Source: Trichosphaerium sp. ATCC 40318
Taxonomy: Eukaryota; Protista; Tubulinea
NCBI GenBank assembly: GCA_038496445.1
Contig: JALMLS010000194.1
Location: 1-64,000, forward strand
DNA: 64,000 nt
Reading direction: 5' to 3'
This document shows, in pieces, positions 14,089 through 27,401 of this stretch. Position 1 is the first letter of the stretch. Each line of letters begins with the position of its first letter. The notes under the pieces are model-generated. The model ran no database searches, was not told the origin of the DNA, and saw nothing but the letters and a program-made list of their open reading frames with translations. The position numbers and the translations under genes were made by a program.

Positions 14089-15073
14089 TTACAATTGTTT
14101 GTCTTGGTACTCAATAAAGTCAAGACGCTCAAGTACAGTTAATCCAAGTCTTTTCATAACCTTTCCTGTGACATCGTTCAAGTCAACGCACATACGATTC
14201 AGTTTGGATCCAAATTTTTGTGCTCTTGATTTGTCAAACCCTGCTGATATCAAAGTACTCACCCACTCAATTTTTTCACTTGATTGTACGGTTCTTTCAG
14301 ACGGTTTCGGCTTCTAACAGAAGTGAGTATAATCAATAAAAAACGGTAGCTTGTACATTCACTTTAGCAACATCTGAATGAGTTGTAACAAATGGTGTAC
14401 TAGATAAGTTGATGGTATTCTAAAAACCAGTTAATTAATACAAAATAAACATTTTTTATATTGATGTACCTTGTTGTCAATTACGGAAATATTTGGTTTA
14501 TTTATCCATGAATTTTGAGGCATTGCTGCTCTTGGATCATTTTGTATGTTGTCAGAACGAGTATCATCATTTGGTTGGTCATACTTCTTTATCACTATTA
14601 GCTACACTATTTGATTAGAACATACCTTATTGTAGTCTTTATGGCTTTGACTTATGTTGAGGAAGTTGTTGTCTTTATTTTGGTGTATTTTAAAGGCTTC
14701 AAGGGCATCTTGAATGATATCAAGGTGATCAGGAGCATCTCCAAACTTGGTGTAATCACGATTGGGATCAACCACAGCTTTTGACAAGTACTTATCTTTT
14801 CGGTCTTCTTTTACCTCTGCATTTATTGCTTTCACAGCATCATCGTTTTTATCTTTTGCGATTACTTTATTGGCTGGTTTAAAGTGCTTGTAGATTGTGA
14901 GACAAAAAGAAAGACAAATAAGATTTCAAAGTACCTTTTCATAATTGGTGAATGTTAACTTTTGTCGTGTTGATTGACCATAATTGTTATTTCCACCTGT
15001 GACCAACTGAAAGTCATGAGATATTGCCAAGTAATGATATGCTTTATTGGCAAACTCAAGATATTTTCCAGGT
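14089..15073 (-). pseudogene. RCC1-linker-SAM copy C, 5'-truncated (only the last ~140 bp of the RCC1 exon remain), class II SAM
   Basis: Homology to the other copies stops abruptly at 15073 (..TTTTCCAGGT|CAGG). Exon 2 KEDRKDKYLSKAVVDPNRDYTKFGD is present. Last exon EWVSTLISAGFDKSRAQKFGSKLNRMCVDLNDVTGKVMKRLGLTVLERLDFIEYQDKQL*. Confidence 0.8.
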
Positions 15074-15293
15074 CAGGATAGGGTTCGCACGTGAGCGATA
15101 ATCTAGATACGAATAGAGTTTTGAATTTGTAAAACACAGTTTCAACCTCAAATAATACATCCTTGACGCTCACTGCTTCAAGTGTAGTGACTAAGCTAAG
15201 TCACTATTACGGTTGAACTTATTCAGTTTGTAGTTAAGCATCAAACTTGTAATTGACATATAAAGAACGTTTAATCGCCTGTGAGGTTGAATA

Positions 15294-18260
15294 ATGGCAC
15301 ATAAGGTGCTTTTAATAGTATATTTATTTTCTATGGCTCTGTGTGTACTGTGTGACTGCGCACCCTATATACACAATGTTACAGGAACCCCGTTTAGGTA
15401 CGCGCAATACAAAAAGATTAATCCGAATCAAAACTTCGCTTTTGCTCGCAATGCACTTCTATGCGCCATTTTTACTGCTATTGAGTATTTATAATCACTT
15501 TAAAGAAAGTTTTCACAAAGTGTTGTTTACGCTAACAGAAGTAATTCTTTGTTAAACCATCTGTACACTAAAAAAACACCATCATCACGCGTTGTAGACG
15601 TTTTTGATTGGAAAACAAGTTTTAGAGAGAAAAAGAATTTGAACTCGTCTTTTGTTTGCTATCGCTTTCTTACGTTTTATTAGGTGCGACAGCGTAATTG
15701 AAAATCAATTAATCGTCTTCCTTCCCGAAAATGAAACGCAAGCATCAATACAATCGTACGACCTTTTAATTACAAACAAACAACACCTAGAATACTGTAC
15801 AGCTCGAAATCAGCAAAGATTAGACGGTTGTCTATTACCTATTTACTTTTTTGTTCGTCGTTGGCTTACAGCAGCTTAGCTCGATTGAAAAGCAATTTCA
15901 ACAGCTAGATATCTTGGATTTCGTTGGTGGCGCATCGTGCAAGGCATCTGTTGTGTTGTTCGGGTGTCAAAGTGCTTTTAAAACATGCAATGATTCGTTT
16001 CGTGAAGGTTTTTCTCTACCTTGTCGAGATGCCTGTGATGATATTGCTCTTCAGTGCTCTCCATTCTTATCGCTTGGAGATGTGGATTTACCAGATTGTG
16101 ATGTGGTGTCTCAGGAATGCAATGGCACCACAACCAATAATGCTACAGGTGACTGAAGCCTATTTTTGTGTCATTTTTTTCTCGCGGTTTAATTTCTTCC
16201 AAACACCATGCCTACTCATGCTTAATACTGTAGTGGGCGCTTTGACTTGCTTCCCTCCACGTTTATTACCGGACGTAGAGTCAACAGAATACCTATATAG
16301 TATGTTCCTTACTTCCAAAGAAAGCTACTTGGAAGCAAAAATAATATTTTGTTTAGATGAAGGACCTTGTTATTCTTGTCCTCCTACAGCGTTCTCAGAC
16401 CGATCACAGAATATAATAAATATATTCACTGCAATTGTAAGTGGGTTAGGGTCTTTATTAGCGTTAGGAAGCTTCTTGATGTTCATAGGAAGTCCGAAGT
16501 AAGTACCATCAATAGATCGCTTTTTCATGCTAACTTTTTTTTTTTCCGGTTTCGGAAATTCCAAACTCAGTTCTTTCCAATCATCACAGCAGATGCTTTC
16601 GCTACAGGAGTCTGCTTATTTGTATCTATACTATCACCAAACTTTTTTATTTGTGAAAACAAAGCGAGGTTAGCTCATACATGGCATGCTCCATGTACAA
16701 TTCAAGGTGAGTTAAAATATTTTAAAACAGTAGCAATTTCTGATCCCAAAAAATAGGTGTTTTTGTTATATTTGCTGCACATCAACTTATTATTACGTGG
16801 TCAGTAATGGCTACAAATCTTGGCTATATAACTTTCCGTGGTACCAAGCTTGTGAGTGGTAAATTTCCGTTACATTATAGAATTGTACGTTTTACTCTGT
16901 CCATCGCCTCTACAGAGAGTAATGGGTCTTTAGATTGTTTATTGTATACTTTGGGGTATACCAGGAATATTCACTTTCATTGCTTTGGTAGGCGGATATA
17001 TTGAGGCAGTTCCTGGACTACCCTTTTGTTTCAGTACGTGATAAACTTATTCTTATTTTTTTTTCTTTTTTTCAGCAAGCGATGAAAAAATGTTTACTGT
17101 CACGTGATTTTGTTTTACTATCTGTGATACCGAAAATGAACACATAGATATTATGCTTGAAACATTTACGTTACAGCTAGTACCTACAATAGCACTATGC
17201 TGCCAAACAAAACCAGATTGTCGTTCAGTTTTCTTATTTTGTTTTAAGTTACAATTGGAGATGACTGGGCTCAATGGATATTTTACTTTGGATTACCGTT
17301 GATACCAGCTTCATTTGTAGGAGTTATTTCGCTTGTTTATATGCTCTATCATATCTACAAGGTACCATACAAAGTCAAAGTTTTATTGGAAAAAAATTAA
17401 CTTTGAATTTTAAAGCAAAGAAATTTGGCAGCTGACTCGAAGTCTAAAATGCAAACAAGAAATCTTATCATAGCACATCTTGTTTGTTATTTTTGCACGT
17501 TAATGTATATAGTAGGGTACACGCTACACGTTTTTTTTTCCACCAGTGGTTTTATGCCAATAGCTTTTTGATTAATTTTTTTTGTTTTTTAGGTTCAGGG
17601 CTTACACTGAGTCTCTATCGGGCTTTGGACTTAACAAGTTGGTAACATGTTTACAACAAAATACAGGTAACGTAGATAAATGTTTTACAGATGATTTCCT
17701 ATCCTTACCAGCTACGCTCCTGTTTGTCTTTTGTATTGGTGGTACGTTTTTTTATTTACTCATATTGGACTCAAACAAAAAGACTGGAACAATCCTCCTT
17801 CAGCAGTAGTTACTTTGCACTTTGGAAACAAGAAATTTACTTGCATCAAACGTCAGTTGATTTATCCAGTTTAATACTGGCGATAGTCATAGAACAACGC
17901 TTATTTTTTTTAAAGAAGTAAAACTTGTTCTTTTTTGACCACGTGGAGAATTTTCTATGAATACATTCTTTGCTCGCTTATTGTTCTTGATAATAATATT
18001 AACTGGGTTTAGGAAATGGTATTATTTTGTTCATAGCTTTTATGTTTGGCAGGTAATCAAAAAGAACAACTTGCTGCATTTTCCAACTTTTTTTTTTGTG
18101 ATGATATCACTTTTCACCTGTTTTTAGATCATATCGGCAATTGATCGCTAGTTATTTCTGTCCTATATGGAAAGCAGCTGGTGGAAGCACTCTTTTTACC
18201 TCATCAGAGAGTAGTACTACATCAGTTATAATGGGACAACAAGGCTCATTTCAACAATGA
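15294..18260 (+). CDS. Frizzled/Smoothened-like GPCR with cysteine-rich domain, multi-exon
   Basis: Signal peptide; CRD-like CKASVVLFGCQSAFKTC...LPCRDACDDIALQC; several hydrophobic TM exons (IFTAIVSGLGSLLALGSFLMF, APCTIQG, GLPFCF). Stop TGA at 18258-18260. Start and exon boundaries are approximate. Confidence 0.7.
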
Positions 18261-18485
18261 CGTACATCTTACCAACAAAGACTTTTTGTCACAAATGTCG
18301 GATTATCAAGCATCTAATAATAATCTTGATACTACTTTAAATAAACTATAGAATCGCTGTACAAAAATAAGTGGGTTGAAGTCCAAGGGCAGTAGCACCA
18401 AGCGAAGCATCGACAGTTTTTTTAGAAAAAAGTCAACGTTTTTTCTTTTCGCTTGAAATAAAACTCATCACGTTAATTAGCCGCC

Positions 18486-20585
18486 ATGACTACTGAACAG
18501 CTGCCTAAAGAGATTTTATCATCTATTCTTTCCGAATTGCCGCTTTGCGAGTTGAATAGAGTGTCGTTGGTTTGTAAGTACGTGATTTTGGTTTAATTAG
18601 ATAAATAACGGTATACAGACGCTGGTCAGACACGTTTAGTAATGAACGGCTTTGGAGGACCCAATTTCGTTCTAGGTGGATGCCACAAAGCGAAGATGTT
18701 CCAAAATCGCATAGACTAGCGTCTAAAACATGGAAAGAGGTAATACATGGCAAAAACAAGCGTTAAAACTCACAATATTACAAGACGTACATTAAACACC
18801 ATATAACGAGTACATGGGATTATATTGATACACGTATAAAGCTTGACGAAGTGCGTTTGGGCAAAATAATGAAATGACACACTTGGCGTTAACGTATATT
18901 TTTTTGAAGGTATGGAACGTTAGTTGGAGTCCAAACGGAGAATATCTTTGTGCTTCAGGCAAGTCTACAAATACCTGCTTTTTTTTTTTTAAAACCTTCT
19001 TCAACAATGACACGTACAGTGGTCGTTCCATAGGACCATGGATGATCTCCTCCAGCGACCACTATGTTGTCATGTTTGTTGAGGTTTTATTTCTTGAAAG
19101 GTACAAGACGTGTTAATTAGTGTTACAGGCGCACATGGTATAAGCTTGTTTAAACTAGAAAATGATGAACTAGTATCTTGGCTTGACCTGGTAGATGGTA
19201 GAAGTGCTGTATCTTCACATAAATGGTCTGAATGTAGTAATTACCTTGTCTATGCTATGAAAGTACGTCAAGCACATTTTTTTTTTGTCACGTGATTTAA
19301 TTTAACCAAACTACAGGACAATGAAGTATGTACTATTTGGTACATGAAAGAGGAAAAGTATGTTGGAACGTTTGATGCGTCACCTTTTGATATAATGCCG
19401 CAGTTTGTGACAATAGAAGATAGGCTCTATTTGCTTACAAGTAAGATTTTCTTGGTACCTTTTTTTTTTTTTTTTTTTTCTTCTTTTTGTTATGTCTTTC
19501 TTTCTGCCTTTCTCTTTATGCTATCTATCTTGTTTTTTACTCATGTTGTTTCAAAGATTGTATTCATAGACGTCAAGTAGTTTTTTCAATATATACTATC
19601 TCTAATGGTAACTTGTTACCTTACAAGGTGGATGACTTTGGGATGACAATTCATAAGATGATACCACAAAAGTATGTATCTGAAATATGGTATTATACAA
19701 TATCAGGTCTGATGGTAACCAATGATCAGAAATATCTTGGCACGTGACAGAATATAAGTCTTTCACGTTTTTTTCGTTTTATTCACAAAAATATCACGTG
19801 ACTTCAAGTTTTTTTGTACTAATTTGGTGGTGACGTTTAGTCGCTTCTTGTTTTGATGAGATAGGTGGTTCAGATTATAAGATAAGCATAGTTGTCTATG
19901 AAATAAGCATGCTCTTCTCAGAAGAAACGAATGTGCTTAATTTTGATAATGCTTATTTACATGTACACGCGCCAGGAGATATTGTTGGATTAGTATGTTC
20001 ACCTGATTCGAAATCTGTGCTAGTAACGTATGTCTGTACAACACTTTTTGCTGTATTTTTTTTTCTCCAATTTTGAAGCTCTTTCGTTCAATTTCTTTGT
20101 TTCTTTTGTCCTTATTTGTCAATTTAACCTCTTATTCAGTTTACGTGCTATTACTGAAGAAGGCAAACTTCTTGAGGATTTACATATAGTAGAAATGTCG
20201 TTAGAGGATGGATCAATGACGACTATTGTTAATACAAAATGTCTTCATGGTGGAGGAGCTGATGTGTTTTTCATTTTTCCTTCATACTCCAATGACGGTA
20301 ATTATATTCTATGTGGTGATAATCATGGGAAAGTGGGTATTTTCACTAGAGGTGGAATAAAGCTGGCTATAATGGAACACAGTAAGTAACAAAAAATGTT
20401 GTGTGGCTTGTTTTTTTTGTTTTCTAATTTTTTTCTTACAAGAAATGAAAAAGCTTGTAAACCAAATATCTTGGCACCCGATAAAAGAAATGTTTGCAAC
20501 TGGATGTGATGATTATACTGTAAAATTATGGAAACCAAAAGCATCCATCGCTCCTCAAAAAGTGCAAGAAACGGAAGAAAACTAA
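18486..20585 (+). CDS. F-box / WD40-repeat protein, multi-exon
   Basis: N-terminal F-box MTTEQLPKEILSSILSELPLCELNRVSLV...RRW....LWR; WD repeats VWNVSWSPNGEYLCAS, YSNDGNYILCG, VNQISWHPIKEMFATGCDDYTVKLW. Confidence 0.8.
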
Positions 20586-20958
20586 TGATTTGATGTCATA
20601 TATGAAGTAAAAAAAAAAAAAAAGCTGTTCTGTGTTTGTCATTCGATTATAAACCTTGTAGTAAAAATATAGTACTAGCTGTATCAAGTTGGTGGCATTC
20701 TGTAAGAAATAGCGAGTTGTCACATCTACCAATCAACAAATCTAACTAACGACAGAAGCTTTCATCAATTGATAATGGAACAATATTTTCTACATTGAAA
20801 TTGTTTGTTAACTGTTTTGATAATACGATTGATTTGCTTGTACTTAGCGAATTTATTGAAAAGGTTTTTGTGTACAATACAAGTATTCTGACTAATTTGC
20901 TATGCTAATTCATCAAAAGGTGTAAATTCTCAGGCCTTCATTAACAATGATGTTCTGT

Positions 20959-22706
20959 TTATAGCATTTTGTTTTCCTTTGCTTTTATGACTTTGATACG
21001 CTCAATCACATTGAATCCAAGCTCTTCTAACACTTCAGGAATGATTTCTCTTTTCTTGATGGCTGCTTTGTTCATCAACGATCCAAGTTCTTGTGCTCTT
21101 TTACTTGAAATACCCAACCTCAACAATGTTGATTTCCAATCATATTTGGGAGTAGCGATTGATTGATTATCTTGAGGTGGACAGAACTCCGACTAAACGA
21201 ACAAAATTAAATGTGAAGAAAATAAAATTAAAACAAGACACCTTTGTGTGAGCGACTGAAACATGAGGCTTGTCATTCCATGATTGTTCAGATAAAAGTG
21301 ATGTGTCTACATCAAGTGGCAAGCGAGGATTGTTAACCTAAAATACCATGTGAGATACGTATTGCTTATTTTCTGATACTTACATTGTTGATGTATTCAT
21401 CTCGATTTTGGTGTATTTTAAAGGCTTCAAGGGCATCTTGAATGATATCAAGGTGATCAGGATCATCTCCAAACTTGGTGTAATCACGATTGGGATCAAC
21501 CACAGCTTTTGACAAGTACTTATCTTTTCTGTCTTCTTTTAACTCTGCATTCATTGCTTTCACAGCATCATCGTTTTTATCTTTTGCGATTACTTTATTG
21601 GCTGGTTTAAAGTGCTTGTAGATTGTGAGACAAAAAGAAAGACAAATAAGATTTCAAAGTACCTTTTCATAATTGGTGAATGTTAACTTTTGTGGTGTTG
21701 ATTCACCACAATGATCTCCACCTGTGACCAACTGAAAGTCATGAGATATTGCCAAGGAATGACATCGTTTATTGGCAAACTCAAGATATTTTCCAGGTAA
21801 TTTTAATGGTTTGTTTGATGAGAACGAATCAATCCATTTTCCTTCACCCCAACCAAACAAACAACCTTCATCATCAATCGCAAATGATGTATACACACCA
21901 GCATGTACAGATTTGATGTTATTGAGTCCTTTGATGATACCCTGGCCATAATCGTCATCAATACCCAACCCAAGACGCCCATCCTCGTTGTATCCAAAAG
22001 AAAATACTTGTCCTGACTTGAGGAGAACAAGTACATGACTAAAACCAATGGCAATATCAGTGGCATCATCAATACTTGGAACACGTGAAATTGTCTTTGG
22101 ATTCAAGAATAACGATTTATCTCTTGCTTCATCTCTTGTTTTTCCCCAAAGAAAGACATGACCTGTTGATGTCATTGCTCCACTTACATAACAATTAGTT
22201 TGAATTTTTTGAACATTTTGAAGATTTGAAATAACCGCTGGTGATGAAACTTTCGAATTGTCGAATGAATGACCCAATCCTTGATTTATGTTGTCTCCCC
22301 AAGAGTACACATGACCTGATTTTGATAATGCCATACTCACATAAAAGGCAGAGACTTTCGTGATATTGTTGAGATTTGGAACACGTGTTGGTGACGAAAC
22401 AGGTGACGCAAAGTCACCCAGACCCAATGCGCCACCTGAATTATATCCCCATGCATACACAATACCGTTTGAATCAACTGCAAGGCTATGTTCGCATCCA
22501 GCAGCAATACAGACGATATTTATGACTGATTTTATTGGTCTTGCGATAGAACTCGAGAATTCGTCTGTGTTACCCAATTGGCGCTCACTGTTTTGTCCCC
22601 ACGTGTAAACAAAGCCATCGTCTGCGATTACCATTGAATGTTCGCCACCAGTGGCCAAACGGTTAACATATTGTAAATTAACCGACGAAGATTGTGGCTC
22701 TGCCAT
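20959..22706 (-). CDS. RCC1-linker-SAM copy D (intact)
   Basis: ORF 21654-22706 is the RCC1 exon, followed by three spliced exons. SAM-like DWKSTLLRLGISSKRAQELGSLMNKAAIKKREIIPEVLEELGFNVIERIKVIKAK. Confidence 0.88.
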
Positions 22707-22856
22707 AAACGTGTATGTTAGTAATACTACAACAATTGGGCAGTAAGTACTTTAGTTGACGCGATCAAATAGTGCGCTCCGCGGCGTTTATTTCGTAAAA
22801 CAGAATTGCGAACCAAACATGTGACGACCTTATTGTTCCATGACCAAACGTCATAT

Positions 22857-24702
22857 TTAAACCAATCGTCTCTTGGATTTCTCAAAAATTGCCCTTGCTT
22901 CGTTTGAAATGTTCCTATGTGCTGCGTTTATCCTTTACAATGACAAAATTAGCTCACCAAACGCTATAGGTGAAGAATTTGCTAATTACGTGGTTGACGT
23001 ATTGAATTCAAGGCGTTGATATTGGTACTACTCTACTGGACAGGTTCAAGAAAAACATTTTTGGAGATGGTAGAGCAACTCGTAGTGTTGATGTTATAGT
23101 CGTAAACAAAACAGCTCAAAAACTCCGTCTAGTTAAAGCACCTCAACCAAAAGACAGCTCGGATGGTTCAGGTACGTAGAAAAAAGAAAAAAAACACTCA
23201 CATAAACACGTGATCATTAATCTTATTGGTAAAAATAGCTGCATGCTTTTTTACAACATCAAGTATCTGATACTGTTATAGTGAAAGAATAAACAAAAAT
23301 AGCATGCTCAGGAAGAACCACAGAAAATTTAAATTAAAATTCTGTCTTAGGCTTTAATAATTTTAACCCATTCCACATGCATAACAAGGCCGCATAAATA
23401 GTGTGTTAGTATACTTGTACAATTTTTGAAATAACTTACTTCCATATATAAGACTCTTTCTCTTGAAACTCTTCAAACCATGGTATCCCTGTTATCTGTA
23501 ACACAGGATAAGTATGAAAACAAACAAAAAAAAAGACGAAAGCATTTTTTCCAAACCTCTAGTCTTTCGTAACCAAACATACTGTCCATTTCGTTTTGCC
23601 TTTTATCAGCCCATCCAATCAAGTTTATACATTCTATTTTTATATCAGAAGATTCTTTAGCTTTCCAAGCAAGTCCCAGAGCAAACAAAAATGCCTAAAA
23701 AAACAAGTCAAAAAAAAAAAACCAAACAAATCAAATAAGCAGCTTTGGACACGTTTTTCAAAGTTGATAATCAATCAAAATCATAACCTATACACGTATG
23801 CAAATACTGGCGTTGAAATTAAAGCGTAAGTTTCTACTGACAAGTAACAACTGACTTTTTTTTTTTTTCGAGAAATTTTGTTTTTTTTGAAACAATCACC
23901 ATCACCTTTAGCTGAGGGGCGGTTCTTGGAGGAGATGCTAATTCACGTACTTTTTCTACATCTCGTAGATCAGATTTTGATAAATTCACGTGCTTGCCTC
24001 CCTTTCTGGCACAATGAGCAGTGAATTCTTTGCTGTCCGAGTTTCGTTTCACTGTAAATAAAGGAACATCTTTAGTTCGTACTAACTGCCTTTCAGTATA
24101 AGAACCAACAATGGAATACCGGTTAACATTTTCAATTAAAAGAACAGAAGCATCTGAAAAAAGTTTCATCACAAACCTTACAGGAGTGTTAAAAGAACAA
24201 GTAAAAATATTCAAGAGTTCTTACTTTGGATTGTATTCTAGACGTTCTTGCACCTCCCAGAACCTCGCCATCTTATCCTCACCATCTACACTAACCACAG
24301 CATTATATACAGACTGCATTAAAAGATAAGAATCCCGAGAATCCGAAAAAAAAGGCCAAAACTGGAAAACATGCCTCTTTATTTCAAAACAAAAAAAAAA
24401 AGGGTCTTACCAAAAAGCGATCTTCCTGGCCACCAAATACCTTTTTACCGTTCGCTATATTCGATAATGGAGAAGACAGCTTTGGTTTGACGTTGTAGAG
24501 TATAACTGTGGTGATATCATCGTTTTGAGATTGGTAAGGGCGGATTAACTTAAAATCGAGAAAAAAACCGTTAGGGTAGTTGATAAACGGGTTTTTTGAT
24601 TTAATGTACGTGTTTTATCCAAGATAGAGGAAGATCATGAGGCATAGAAGGATTTAAGCTGTTTTTAATCAAAACCGATTTAGAACCGTATATTTTCTTC
24701 AT
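22857..24702 (-). CDS. Hypothetical multi-exon protein
   Basis: Exons join in frame across GT-AG introns (e.g. ..QERLEYNPK|FVMKLFSD..). Putative ATG 24702; last exon INAAHRNISNEARAIFEKSKRRLV*. No family recognised. Confidence 0.45.
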
Positions 24703-25619
24703 TCTAGTACATGACGCTTCTAATTAATCTATTGTGAGCCTCAATTTCGGTTTTTAATAGTAGAGAAATAAAAACGACTATTTTTACCTAAACCGTACCC
24801 ATTCGTAAGGTATCGCGTAGGTCCATTAGTTGCGCGATAAGATAATGAATATCATCAGGAGCATTATAAAAATGCGATATTTTAGAGCCCATAGTGTACA
24901 CCTTGTTACAAGGAATAGGTGGCTGCAATATGGTTTATTTTGTTTAGGAAGGTTGGATAGTGTAACCTACACCTAAATATAGATTCTTCTCCAAGTCAAA
25001 CACGTCTCCTTGTTCAGCCGAATTACAAAAGTTATGAACGTAAAAAAAGTTGTAAAAAAAAGACTTCAAGGAGAGTTACGGACAGTTTTGAATACTACTT
25101 GGAATTGTCTTTGTGAAGCCAACCAAACGGTGTAGACCATAATGTTCAACTCAATAAATAACAACTTGCGCACGTGTTTTTTGTTCGAACAAGAACACTA
25201 TGTGGGTAGAGTTGCATCTATTCTTGAGTTGTCGTACCAACACCAAGTCAGACAAATAAAGCCCAACAACATCATCCTCTTTCACATTGTTGCAGACAAC
25301 AAGTCCAAAAACAAGCCAACCAACTTCAAAACCCCATCTATATTTGTTGTACAATCTTTCGCCTTTATTGCCGGCAGTAATATTGGTTCAAATGCTTGCT
25401 TACTTGATTAACAAAATAATTACAAGATGTAGCCTTTAGTATCCAATCAAACAAATTACACATTTCTTCATACAAACATGGACAAGCATTTAAGCCAGTG
25501 CCAAAAGATTTGTTAGGATAACCGCTGGTATTAATTGGTTCCTTTTCACTCCATCCAATACAAAAAGATGCTTGTTTATTTGTCTGCAATGTAGTTCACT
25601 TTCACAAGATGGTATTTGT

Positions 25620-26693
25620 TCACATGACAACACAAGGTGGCTTATCTGGGTTCGAGTTTATTTGGGGACTTTTTGCCATTGCTGCTAGAATTGCTTCATC
25701 AAACTACCAAAAAGATAAAACGAAGTTATAGAATCAAGGTGTGATTTGCAAATTGCGACCACTGATGACAAAACATACCTGCCTTTAAACCATCTTGAGT
25801 AACAGCACTACATTCTACATAAGACATTGCCTTAATACAAAAATCAGCACGGCAAACAACACAAAGAAGAGAGCAGAAAAGTAGCGTACACCTATCTCTT
25901 GTGCTACCTTTTCAGCTTCTTGTCTTGTTGAACATTTGTCGCTATTTTTTGTTGTTCTTAAATCTCTTTTAAGACCAGCAAGGACAATAGGTGTATCTGG
26001 ACAATACTCTTGCACTTCAGGTTTCCACTAGAGGAAATATAAGTTTGCAACGAAAATAGACAAAAAGAGTATCATTGAAGCTTTAAGCGTACCTTGGAAC
26101 AACATGTGTAAGACTTTCTGGTTTAGTGACACTGAAGCATATAAGAAAAACATCAGTTCGCTAAAAATAATCACGTGAGAAGAAAATATTCCAACAAAAG
26201 TTCCAAAAAAGGCCTTATCAAAAATACTAAAAATACATCTACAAGGTCTCAATCTATCATATTGGTCACCAGTAGTTCTTGTATCCCATAAAGCTGTAAC
26301 ACAGTCAATCAATGAGAGGAAAGCAATGAGGTAAAAAACAATAAACGAACCTAAGTTTACGCGCTTACCTAAAACCGTTACACAAGTGCTAAAAAAAGTC
26401 AAATGTTTTCAATTTTGATTTTATGCTTCAGAAATGTCTCAAAAGCGATGCCGGCTCTAATTTTGACCAATCCAAGCGCTTGGCTTACCTGTGCCTATCG
26501 GAATACGGTACTAAGCATTATAAACATCACAAAAAAGATAATTAGGTTGTACCGTATTCACGAGGGAAAGTATTGGTTGTGTAGCTTAAACACATGCTTG
26601 TTTTGCCTGATTAACGTTAAACAATAAGCTATTGGCTGCTAGCGACATACCAACTGCTCTATCTCCGTTAATAACTAGTTTAACATCCAGCAT
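25620..26693 (-). CDS. Atypical Rho/Rac-family small GTPase, multi-exon
   Basis: MLDVKLVINGDRAVG|KTCLL; LWDTRTTGDQYDRLRP; WKPEVQEYCPDTPIVLAGLKRDLR; YVECSA; FDEAI; CAAX end CVVM*. Confidence 0.8.
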
Positions 26694-27401
26694 TGGCGTA
26701 TTTAACTTGTTACCGAGCGAATGAGGCTTTTTGACGCTGTTTAGCCTAAAGAGACAAAAAATAGCGAAGTTTCCGCAAAATATCAATTTTATTTTGAGGC
26801 TAGTTCTACTTTCAAAATCATGTGCACGTAATCAATTCTATATTGTTTCAAATTCTCCACTCCGCTTTATGTTAACGGGTAGGGTGCCTTCAAGGTGTTA
26901 AGGTATATAACGAGACACTAAAAGAATTTGAGTGAGTTTTCTCTGTGCAGCAATTTCGGTAAATTGTATAACGCTATTGAACTGCTGTGTCTTGTTATTA
27001 TCGTGTAATGATGGTAACATTAGTAACTTGCTTATATACTTCAAACTTCCAGTGTTTAGGTTTTCATGATGATTGAATTTGTTATCGGCAAAAACGTGCG
27101 CCAAGTCGGAACGTCTAATCTAAAATACAAACTTCGAGAAACTATTTCCAGTTTGTTATACACCTAAAACAAACGACTTTGTGCGACATCATGATGAAGT
27201 ATTTATAATAATGTTAGGTACATCTCTTCGCATACGATTGAGCCCTTCCGGACGCTACCCTATAATGGTATGTCACAAAACTCCGCTGATCTTTTTGTAT
27301 GACATTTTTTGAACATGTCCGATTTATGTTGACTTGCAGTTTTCAAGTTATTTCGATAAATAACGAGTATGCACGACAAGAAGCACCTCAACAAGAGCAA
27401 T

